Below, in pieces: positions 10,036 to 17,415 of a DNA stretch of 17,415 nt. The translations under genes and the position numbers were made by a program. The first letter of the stretch is position 1; every line of letters starts with the position of its first letter. Source of the DNA: Deinococcaceae bacterium (lineage in GTDB: Bacteria > Deinococcota > Deinococci > Deinococcales > Trueperaceae). The stretch lies in NCBI GenBank assembly GCA_040256005.1, contig JBDZWC010000060.1, forward strand, positions 1-17,415, read 5' to 3'. The notes beneath the pieces were generated by a model. That model searched no databases. It had not been told where the DNA came from and was given only the letters and a program-made list of their open reading frames with translations.

Positions 10036-10731
10036 ATGGCCCTCCTCGACCAGATCGGACCCGTGATGGTCGGGCCCTCCAGCTCGCACACCGCCGGTGC
10101 ATGCCGCATCGCGCTGCTGGCGCGTCACTGCCTGCTGACGCCCGTGCGCAGCGCACGGTTCGTGCTGCACGGCTCCTTCGCCAAGACGGCCAAGGGCCAC
10201 GGCACCGAGCTGGCTCTGGTCGCCGGCCTGTGCGGGGCATTCCCGGACGACCCCCGCATAAGGGACGCCTTCGACCTGGCGCGCGACATGCGCCTCGAGT
10301 ACGAGTTCGCGGTCGCCGACCTGGGCGACGTGCACCCCAACAGCGTGCGTATCGAGGCCAACGCCGACGGCGAGAGCCTCTCTCTGCTCGGCTCGAGCCT
10401 GGGCGGCGGGTTGGTTCAGGTCAGGCAGGTGAACGGCTTCGACGCCCGCTTCTCGGGGTCGTACTACACGCTCCTGGCGCTGCATCACGACCAGCCGGGG
10501 GTCATCGCGCGCGTCGCCGGCGTCGTGGCTGACGACGGCGGCAACATCGGCACGATCTTCTCCGCGCGCGAGAAGCGCGGCGGCAACGCGCTCATGTCGG
10601 TGGAGATCGACAAGGCGCTCTCGCAGCACGCCCTGGATTACCTGAGCCACCTGGCGTACGTGCATTGGTTACGGGCGCTCCCCGAGGTCATGCAGGGGCC
10701 CACCGCCGGCGCCGGGGAGGCCCGCGCATGA
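10036..10731 (+). CDS. sdaAB: L-serine dehydratase (Fe-S dependent) beta subunit with C-terminal ACT domain
   Basis: [37 protein letters not shown] and the ACT-like [11 protein letters not shown]...NI. TAGACT lies 7 nt before the ATG (leaderless pattern). Confidence 0.95.
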   Translation: MALLDQIGPVMVGPSSSHTAGACRIALLARHCLLTPVRSARFVLHGSFAKTAKGHGTELALVAGLCGAFPDDPRIRDAFDLARDMRLEYEFAVADLGDVHPNSVRIEANADGESLSLLGSSLGGGLVQVRQVNGFDARFSGSYYTLLALHHDQPGVIARVAGVVADDGGNIGTIFSAREKRGGNALMSVEIDKALSQHALDYLSHLAYVHWLRALPEVMQGPTAGAGEARA

Positions 10732-11570
10732 AGCTCGCCGACATCGCCGCTACTGGCCTCACGGCCTCCGAGTTCGTGCTCCGGGACGAGGTCGGCGATG
10801 ACACGTCCGCCGCCGGGCGCATCAAGGCGACGATGCTCGCCCGTGTGGGCGAGATGCGCGACGCGATCCGCCGTGGCCTGGCCTCACGTGAGCCCAGCCG
10901 TACGGGCATGGTCGGCTGGAACGCCAACCAACTGGACAGCGCGCCCGACACCCTGGGCTCTCCCCTCCTGAAGCGTGTGCAGGCGTACGCGATGGCGGTG
11001 AACGAGGAGAACGCGCGCATGGGCCGGATCGTCGCCGCGCCCACGGCGGGCAGCGCTGGGACGGTACCGGGAGCGCTGCTGGGCGTGGCCGACCACTTGG
11101 GCCGCTCGGACGAAGAGCTCGTCATGCCGCTCGTCCTGGCCGCCGGGGTGGCCGAGGTCATCGGCAAGCACATGTTCATCGCAGGGTCGACCGGCGGCTG
11201 CCAGGCCGAGATCGGCTCGAGCGCCGCCATGGCAGCGGCGGCCGTGACCGAGCTGTTGGGGGGTAGCCCGCGGGCGTGCGTCCACGCCGCCGCCATGGCG
11301 CTCATGAACACGATCGGACTCGTGTGTGACCCGGTGGGCGGCTACGTCGAGGTGCCCTGCGTCTCGCGCAACGCCTTCTACGCTGTGCACGCCGTCGCCT
11401 CCGCGCAGCTCGCCCTGGCGGGTATCGAATCGGTGATACCACCGGACGAGGTCGTGCTGGCGATGGCATCGGTGGGCAGGCTGCTACCGCCGGAGCTGCG
11501 GGAGACGGGCGAGGGCGGCATCGCGGACACCCCAACGGGCCGGCGCATCGCGCTCGAGATGGCGCACTAG
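10728..11570 (+). CDS. sdaAA: L-serine dehydratase (Fe-S dependent) alpha subunit
   Basis: [30 protein letters not shown] and [15 protein letters not shown] (three cluster Cys). The ATGA overlap with sdaAB places the start at 10728. Confidence 0.95.
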   Translation: MKLADIAATGLTASEFVLRDEVGDDTSAAGRIKATMLARVGEMRDAIRRGLASREPSRTGMVGWNANQLDSAPDTLGSPLLKRVQAYAMAVNEENARMGRIVAAPTAGSAGTVPGALLGVADHLGRSDEELVMPLVLAAGVAEVIGKHMFIAGSTGGCQAEIGSSAAMAAAAVTELLGGSPRACVHAAAMALMNTIGLVCDPVGGYVEVPCVSRNAFYAVHAVASAQLALAGIESVIPPDEVVLAMASVGRLLPPELRETGEGGIADTPTGRRIALEMAH

Positions 11571-11707
11571 GTCAGCCCGAACGAACGCGAAACGTACGGC
11601 AGGCTCGCAGCTCTAAGCCACGTGTGGGCTTGGTGGGCCGCGGTCGCACCTCCTCGCCAAGCGTTGGCGCGCAACGTATCGCATGCGCACTCACATCCCG
11701 ACCGAGC

Positions 11708-11725
11708 TTGTACAATCTTTCACGA
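11708..11725 (+). promoter_or_regulatory. Candidate Rex operator overlapping the ndh -10 (TACAAT, 11711-11716)
   Basis: TTGTACAATCTTTCACGA matches TTGTGAA-N4-TTCACAA at 11 of 14 positions. Confidence 0.6.
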
Positions 11726-11799
11726 GGGACATTCGTCCCACCGCCTCAGCGGCCAGGCACGGCCGGCGAGGGCCGACGCGGGCGGAGTGAGGAGCCGTC

Positions 11800-13254
11800 A
11801 TGGAGGCAAGAGACATGCCGAGGGTCGTGATTGTGGGAGCCGGGTTCGCCGGCCTCAACGCGGCCAAGGCCCTGAAGCACGCGCCGGTAGAAGTCCTGCT
11901 GATCGACGCCAACAACTTCCACACCTTCCAGCCGCTGCTCTACCAGGTGGCGACGGCCGCCCTCGACGCCGCCGACATCGCCCACCAGGTCAGGCACATC
12001 TTCCGCCATCAGCGCAACTTCCGCTTCCGGATGGGGCGCGTCGAGGACGTCGACCATGACGCCAAGGAGCTGACGCTGGAGAGCGGCGAGCGCGTCCCGT
12101 ACGACTACCTGATCCTCGCTGCCGGCGCTGTCTACAACGACTTCGGCGTCGCCGGCGTCAAGGAGAACGCTTTCGTGCTCAAGGACGTCGACGTGGCGCT
12201 GAAGCTGCGCGGCCACGTGCTCTCCCGCTTCGAGCGGGCCGCCGTCGACAGGTCGGAGGTGGACAGGGGTGCGCTGACCTTCGTGATCGTGGGCGCCGGG
12301 CCGACCGGCGTTGAGATGGCCGGCGCGCTGATAGAGCTGTTCCAGCGGGTCCTGCCGCCCGAGTACCCCGAGCTGGACCTGCGCATGGCGCGCGTCGTGC
12401 TCGTCGAGATGGGCGACGAGGTCCTCCCCACCTTCGGGCCGGCGTCGCGCCGCTACGCCGAGCGCGTGCTGCGCCGGCGCGGCGTGGAGGTGCGCCTGCA
12501 GTCGGCCGTCGTGAAGGCGACCGCCGCCGGCATCACCCTCAAGTCGGGCGAGTTCATCCCTAGCCAGACCATCATCTGGGCCGCCGGCGTGCGCGGCCAC
12601 CCGCTCGGCCAGGAGCTGGACGTCGAGCTGGAGCGCGGCTTCCGGGTGCCGGTCGAGCCCGACCTGAGCCTCACCGGGCACCCCGACGTCTTCGTGGTCG
12701 GAGACCTGGCCGGCTCGAAGGACGAGGAGGGGAGACCCTACCCGCAGGTGGCCCAGGTGGCGATACAGAGCGGCAAGCGCGCCGCCCGCAACGTCGTCAT
12801 GCGGCTCCAGGGCCGCAAGGCGGAACCCTTCCGCTACACGGACCTCGGCAACATGGCGATCATCGGCCGCAGCGCCGGCATCGCGGAGCTGTCGCGGCGC
12901 CTCGGCGGCATCCGCATGCGGGGGTTCCTCGGCTGGCTGGGTTGGCTGTTCCTGCACCTGATCTACCTGCCCGGCTTCCGCAACAGGCTCTCCGCCCTGG
13001 TGAGCTGGGCCTACAACTTCATCACCTATGACCGCCACGCCAGGCTGATCCTGACCTTCAGGCAGGGCCGCGGCTTCGGTGCCCGCGCTACCGACGAGTC
13101 CGGCCGCCCGGCGAACCGCGAAAGCGACCTGGACGAGACGTCGCGGGCCGCCGCGGCCGCCCCGGCCGAACGGGAGCTGGTGGGCGTAGGTACCGGTGGC
13201 GGTCCCGTGGGCCGGCCTGCGACGACCGCCCGAGGCCGCCCCGGCCTGCCCTGA
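11800..13254 (+). CDS. ndh: Type II NADH:quinone oxidoreductase (NDH-2); alternative start ATG 11815
   Basis: GAGFAG, FQPLLYQVAT, GAGPTGVEMAG, LVE (acidic residue, NADH preference), WAAG, AQVAIQ (AQxAxQ quinone motif), DLGNMAIIGR and WLFLHLIYL. Confidence 0.92.
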   Translation: MEARDMPRVVIVGAGFAGLNAAKALKHAPVEVLLIDANNFHTFQPLLYQVATAALDAADIAHQVRHIFRHQRNFRFRMGRVEDVDHDAKELTLESGERVPYDYLILAAGAVYNDFGVAGVKENAFVLKDVDVALKLRGHVLSRFERAAVDRSEVDRGALTFVIVGAGPTGVEMAGALIELFQRVLPPEYPELDLRMARVVLVEMGDEVLPTFGPASRRYAERVLRRRGVEVRLQSAVVKATAAGITLKSGEFIPSQTIIWAAGVRGHPLGQELDVELERGFRVPVEPDLSLTGHPDVFVVGDLAGSKDEEGRPYPQVAQVAIQSGKRAARNVVMRLQGRKAEPFRYTDLGNMAIIGRSAGIAELSRRLGGIRMRGFLGWLGWLFLHLIYLPGFRNRLSALVSWAYNFITYDRHARLILTFRQGRGFGARATDESGRPANRESDLDETSRAAAAAPAERELVGVGTGGGPVGRPATTARGRPGLP

Positions 13255-13382
13255 TCCGGCTGCCCGTCCACCGCTGACCGGGCGAGCGATCCTCAGGTTC
13301 GGCCCGACGCGAGTCCGCCTCGCGGCCACGCCTGGTCGCTGACCGGGCACCGGCGGCCGCCACCGCCGGTTACCGTCTGGCC

Positions 13383-14183
13383 ATGGACGCGACGACCGGC
13401 GATTACCTCAGGACGGCCATCACGGCGGCGCTCGAGGCCGCCCGGATCCAGCTGAACGAACGCGGCACAGACTTGGACGTCAGCACCAAGTCCTCCGACG
13501 TGGACCTGGTCACGCGCGTCGACCAGCTGTGCGAGGAGAGGATCCGGGCCGTGATCGCGGCGCGCCACCCCGACCACGTGGTCGTGGGCGAGGAGCTGGG
13601 CAGCGACGCGACCGGTCGCATGCGCTGGATCGTCGACCCGCTCGACGGCACCGTCAACTACGCTCACGGCTTCCCCTTCTACTGCGTGTCGATCGCGTTG
13701 GAGGCAGACGGTGAGCTGCTCGTCGGCGTCGTGTACGACCCCGAGCGCGACGAGCTCTTCTCGGCGGTGAAGGGGGCGGGCGCCTGGCTCAACGGCCGCC
13801 CGCTCGCTGTCACGACCACGACGGAGCCGCGCCAGGCGCTGCTGGCTACGGGTTTCGCGTACGTCGAGGAGCGCATCGCTCTCAACGTCGAGGTGTTCGC
13901 CCGCACGCTCCCCCAGGTGCGGTCGGTCAGGCGGCCCGGTGCGGCGGCGCTGGACATCTGCTACGTCGCCAGCGGCCGGCTGGACGGGTTCTGGGAGCTG
14001 GGACTGAACCCCTGGGACGTGGCGGCGGGCGTGCTGATCGTCGCCGAGGCGGGCGGAGCCGTTACCGGGTACGACGGCGGCCCGTACCGCCTGGGTGACC
14101 CGGTGCTGGTAGCCAGCAACGGGCACCTGCACGCCAAGTTGCTCGACCTGCTCGACCTGGGCACGGTGGTGGCGCGGGTCTGA
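13383..14183 (+). CDS. suhB: Inositol monophosphatase family protein
   Basis: DLVTRVD, GEE, WIVDPLDGTVNYAHG, RRPGAAALD and PWDVAAG. TACCGT lies 6 nt before the ATG. Confidence 0.92.
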   Translation: MDATTGDYLRTAITAALEAARIQLNERGTDLDVSTKSSDVDLVTRVDQLCEERIRAVIAARHPDHVVVGEELGSDATGRMRWIVDPLDGTVNYAHGFPFYCVSIALEADGELLVGVVYDPERDELFSAVKGAGAWLNGRPLAVTTTTEPRQALLATGFAYVEERIALNVEVFARTLPQVRSVRRPGAAALDICYVASGRLDGFWELGLNPWDVAAGVLIVAEAGGAVTGYDGGPYRLGDPVLVASNGHLHAKLLDLLDLGTVVARV

Positions 14184-14235
14184 CCCCCGGTCGCGGCCGG
14201 CGCCGCCTGCCCGGCGCCTTCGCCGGCGGAAGCGC

Positions 14236-15339
14236 CTAGAAGCGTTCCACGCGCACGGTCTTGCGCTCGATGAGGTCGCGGCGCAGGGTCACACCCAGCC
14301 CGACTCCCGTCGGCACGCTCTGTACGCCCTCCACGGCGTCGAGGCGCTCCTCCACGATGTCCTCGTCCCCCCAATAGCGGGTGGCGCTGGCGGTGTCGCC
14401 CGGCAGCGTGAAGTTGGGCAGGGTGCTCAGGTGCAGGTTCAACGCCCGGCCGATGCCGAGTTCGAGCATGCCTCCGCACCAGACGGGCGCACCGAACGCG
14501 GCGGCGACGTCGTGAACGCGCCGTGACTCGAGCAGGCCGCGCACGCGTCCCACCTTCACGTTGATCACCCGACCGGAGCCCAGGGCCAGGCCCTTGCGGG
14601 CGTCGGCGGCGGAATGGACCGACTCGTCGAGGCAGATCGGCGTAGCCAAGCCCGCCTGCAGTTCCGCGTGGTCGACGAGGTCGTCGTGGGCGAGCGGCTG
14701 CTCGATGTAGTCGAGCCTCAGCTCGTCGAGCGCCTGGAACACGCGCACGTCGGTCAGCGAGTAGGCGCTGTTGGCGTCCACAGTGAGGGCCATGTCCGGC
14801 AGCGCCTCCCTGACCGCCGTCAACGGCGCCACGTCCCAACCCGGCTTGATCTTGAACTTGAGCCGCCGGTATCCCTCGGCGGCGTGGCGCTGTGCCACCT
14901 CGACCGTCTGCTCCACCGTCGGCTGGATCCCCAGCGACGCGCCCACCGCGATCCGGGTGCGTACGCCTCCGAGGAGCTGCCACAGCGGCAGGCCGGCAGC
15001 CTTGGCCTGCAGGTCCCAGAAGGCGGCCTCGAGCGCGCCCACCGCCATGTTGTGGCCCCGTACGCGCCTGACCGCCTGCAACAGCTGCTCAGGGGTGTCG
15101 AAGTCGCGGCCCACCACCTGCGGCAACAGGTACTCGCTCAGAGCCACCCAGGCCGTGGACGTCGTCTCGTAGCTGTACCCGGGGACGTTGCCTGCGGTCA
15201 CCTCGCCGTAGCCTTCCAGGCCGCCCGAGTGCAGCACGAGGACGACCTTCCTTAGGTCTTCCTCGACGCCGAAGCTCGTCTCGAAGTGGAACTTGAGGTC
15301 TGCCTTCAGCTCACGCAGCTCGGCGCGTTCGATCTTCAT
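14236..15339 (-). CDS. menC: N-succinyl/N-acylamino acid racemase / o-succinylbenzoate synthase (NSAR/OSBS subfamily, enolase superfamily)
   Basis: FETSFG, KFKIKPG (KxK), metal ligands DAN, EQP and LDES, NVKVGR, WCGGMLE and LPGD. Start is the ATG at 15339 after GGAGG; -10 TATGCT at 15360-15365. Confidence 0.88.
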   Translation of the reverse strand: MKIERAELRELKADLKFHFETSFGVEEDLRKVVLVLHSGGLEGYGEVTAGNVPGYSYETTSTAWVALSEYLLPQVVGRDFDTPEQLLQAVRRVRGHNMAVGALEAAFWDLQAKAAGLPLWQLLGGVRTRIAVGASLGIQPTVEQTVEVAQRHAAEGYRRLKFKIKPGWDVAPLTAVREALPDMALTVDANSAYSLTDVRVFQALDELRLDYIEQPLAHDDLVDHAELQAGLATPICLDESVHSAADARKGLALGSGRVINVKVGRVRGLLESRRVHDVAAAFGAPVWCGGMLELGIGRALNLHLSTLPNFTLPGDTASATRYWGDEDIVEERLDAVEGVQSVPTGVGLGVTLRRDLIERKTVRVERF

Positions 15340-15461
15340 CCAGTGGCCTCCGGCCGCCAAGCATAACCGCGACGGGCGCGGGTCTCCGGACCGCCCCCAG
15401 CATCAGGCGGCTCACGACCGCGCCGTGGCCTTCGTTCGCCGAGCCGCGACCCGCAGGCCGC

Positions 15462-16526
15462 TCAGAAGTCGTCAGGGAACTCGAGGCGCCGCCGCGGTGT
15501 CTCCTGCGGGGACTCCTCCTCGCGCGGCTCGCTCACGTCCACGGCGTCGGCAGGTCGGGTCTCCTCGGCGCCCTCCTGCCAGTTCACCTCGGACGGGTGC
15601 TCCTCGGGACCGGGCTCGTCAGCGCGGTCCCGTTCCGCGCGCGCAGGCGGGCCGCGACGACTGGGCGGCAGCGGCACAGAGATGGGACCCGTCGGCTGTT
15701 CGACCACCGCCCGCCTTTCTCTCTCCCGCGCCGCGGCTTCGGCCCTGGCGCGCCTCGCAGCGGCGGCCGCCCTGACGCTGTCCCTGAGCGACTCCACGGC
15801 GTCGGAAGCGAGCCGCCCCACGCCCTTGGCGGCCGAGCCCAGGCGCTGGCGCGTGGCGGAGCGACGTGCAGCGGCCTTCTCCATGCGCACGACGCGCTCC
15901 GAGGCGACGCCCAGCGATGGCTCCACACGCTGCCGCGTCGCCTTCACCCTGTACCTGAGGTTCCAGGGCTCCCACTCCAGCGGCACGCTGACCCTGAGGT
16001 TCTGGGGCCGAGCCTTCGTGGCGAAGACGTACGCCTGCAAGGTCCCGCGTTCGCCGGGCAGGTCGTGCACGTCGGCCACGACGTCGACGGCGCCGTTGGG
16101 GGGCACGACGGCGGACGCCTCCGCCACCACCGGAAGGCGGCCGCTGCCCGTGCGCAGTGCGATCTCGAGCAGTTGGACCGGGTACGGGTTGAGGTTGTTG
16201 AACGTCACGCGAAGCTGGAACGGCCTGTTCTCCGGTGCGATCAGGAAGGCGGGCTGCCTCGTGCCTCCGCTCGCCGGCGCGGCGCTGTCCTCGTCGGTGA
16301 GCAGGACGACCTGCCCGTTGGTCAGCAGGAACTGCGGCCCCTGGGCGCGGGACCGACCGCGCCATCGCACGACCAGCAGCACGACGAGGAGCAGGACGCC
16401 GGCTGCTATGAGGTAGACCTGCCGCGACCACGTCGACGGGTCCAGGCTCACGCCCTGCAGCGCTGCGACCAGCGCGGCGTAGGTGTCTTCTAGGGCTTGC
16501 ACGGCTAGGTCCCAGGCCTCGGCCAT
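15462..16526 (-). CDS. Hypothetical single-pass membrane protein with a LEA2/WHy-like beta-rich segment and a disordered acidic tail
   Basis: TM segment VYLIAAGVLLLVVLLVV followed by RWRGRSR; LRVTFNNLNPYPVQLLEI; Ala/Arg helical region; Pro/Glu-rich tail; SD GAGG. Confidence 0.8.
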   Translation of the reverse strand: MAEAWDLAVQALEDTYAALVAALQGVSLDPSTWSRQVYLIAAGVLLLVVLLVVRWRGRSRAQGPQFLLTNGQVVLLTDEDSAAPASGGTRQPAFLIAPENRPFQLRVTFNNLNPYPVQLLEIALRTGSGRLPVVAEASAVVPPNGAVDVVADVHDLPGERGTLQAYVFATKARPQNLRVSVPLEWEPWNLRYRVKATRQRVEPSLGVASERVVRMEKAAARRSATRQRLGSAAKGVGRLASDAVESLRDSVRAAAAARRARAEAAARERERRAVVEQPTGPISVPLPPSRRGPPARAERDRADEPGPEEHPSEVNWQEGAEETRPADAVDVSEPREEESPQETPRRRLEFPDDF

Positions 16527-16566
16527 CTAGTTACCTCGAGCCGCGTGCGTGCCGCGGCGACATGCC

Positions 16567-16591
16567 AGCTTACCGGTGACGACATTACAGT
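16567..16591. promoter_or_regulatory. Divergent -10 elements: TAAGCT (minus, 16567-16572) and TACAGT (plus, 16586-16591)
   Basis: Two TAnnnT hexamers in a 68-bp divergent gap. The plus-strand one is 6 nt before the in-frame GTG at 16598. Confidence 0.45.
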
Positions 16592-16594
16592 TGC

Positions 16595-17293
16595 ATGGTG
16601 GTCCCACTAACGACCCTGGATGGTTCACTCACTTTGGAGAGCGCGCGCTACGGCGAGACGTACCGGTCGCGTCGCGGCGCCTTGAGCGAGTCCAAGCACG
16701 TGTTCCTCGCGGCCTCCGGCGTCGAGGATCTCATGGCCACACGCGGCTCCGTCCGCGTCCTGGAGGTGGGCTTCGGGACCGGTCTCAACTTCCTCGTCAC
16801 GGCGGCAACAGCCGCGCAGGCGGGCGCCGACCTCGAGTACCTGGCGGCGGAGCGCGACCCGCTGCCCGCGGAGACCATCGCTGCGTTGCGCTACGACGAG
16901 CTGCTCCCCTTCGAGGGGCCGGCGCCGCTCCTGTCCTGGTACAGGCGGCTGGGGTCTCCGGTCCCGCCTGGCCTTCACACCTGGAGCCATGCCAGGACGG
17001 CGCTGACCCTCCACGTGGGCGAGGCGGCCGATCTCGTGACCGGCATGGGCGAAGGCACGGTCGACGCCATCTACCTGGACCCGTTCAGCCCGCGCGCCAA
17101 CCCCGACGCCTGGGAGGCGGGGCTGCTCACAGCGCTCGCGGGCGCGCTCACACCGGGCGGGCGCCTCGTCACCTACAGCGTGAGCGGTGCGGTCCGGCGG
17201 TGCCTGGCGGCTGCGGGTCTGGAGGTCACGAAGGTGCCCGGACCGTCCGGTGGCAAACGTGAATCGCTGGTCGCGGTGGCGGGCGTCCCATGA
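16595..17293 (+). CDS. mnmD: tRNA mnm5s2U34 methyltransferase (stand-alone MnmC methyltransferase domain)
   Basis: DGSLTL...YGETYRS..GALSESKHVFL, LEVGFGTGLNFL, IYLDPFSPRANPDAW, LVTYS and PGPSGGKRE. Confidence 0.9.
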   Translation: MVVPLTTLDGSLTLESARYGETYRSRRGALSESKHVFLAASGVEDLMATRGSVRVLEVGFGTGLNFLVTAATAAQAGADLEYLAAERDPLPAETIAALRYDELLPFEGPAPLLSWYRRLGSPVPPGLHTWSHARTALTLHVGEAADLVTGMGEGTVDAIYLDPFSPRANPDAWEAGLLTALAGALTPGGRLVTYSVSGAVRRCLAAAGLEVTKVPGPSGGKRESLVAVAGVP

Positions 17294-17415
17294 CCGCGGC
17301 CCACGACGTCGCTATCGTGGGCGGCGGCGTCGCGGGGCTCGCGTACTGGCAGGCGGACTACGCCGCGGCGGTCGCGAAGTACGCCGGCAAGATCGGCAAG
17401 GACGGCACGTCCAAG
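17290..17415 (+). CDS. N-terminus of an FAD-dependent oxidoreductase (probable MnmC oxidase half), partial and possibly chimeric after 17343
   Basis: ATGA overlap with mnmD; MTAAHDVAIVGGGVAGLA is a Rossmann GxGxxG motif. Confidence 0.65.
   Translation, partial: MTAAHDVAIVGGGVAGLAYWQADYAAAVAKYAGKIGKDGTSK

Noticed and set aside
11648..11654. ACCTCCT (strong SD on minus, anti-SD on plus) in the sdaAA-ndh gap
   Set aside because: No properly spaced start codon on the minus strand, and it lies upstream of the predicted ndh TSS.
14184..14235. Hairpin between the convergent suhB and NSAR genes as a terminator
   Set aside because: Short GC stem with no U-tract on either strand, which is not enough to call.

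Overview
High-GC bacterial chromosomal region, most likely Deinococcota. The evidence is a Thermus/Deinococcus-type HU with GVRPGT, the sufC-sufB order and several leaderless-style starts; Trueperaceae-like is only a guess. Content is mostly housekeeping. Minus strand: partial sufB, sufC, a Hanks-type Ser/Thr kinase, a UPF0173-like metallo-beta-lactamase-fold hydrolase and a small membrane protein. Plus strand: uvrA, a membrane protein (possibly an ECF S component), YihY, PlsC-type acyltransferase, HU, sdaAB-sdaAA, type II NADH dehydrogenase and suhB. Then, on the minus strand, an NSAR/OSBS enzyme and a membrane-anchored hypothetical with a LEA2/WHy-like segment. The window ends on the plus strand with a stand-alone MnmD methyltransferase and the start of an FAD oxidoreductase. 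I see no rRNA, tRNA, CRISPR array, mobile element or defence system, and no convincing new multi-gene system. The best signals are small-scale: a probable CTG start coupled by a CTGA overlap, a leaderless 12-codon uORF coupled to a putative S-component gene, candidate Rex, suf and hup operators, a kinase with a MinD-like amphipathic tail, and a probable chimeric junction at the right end.
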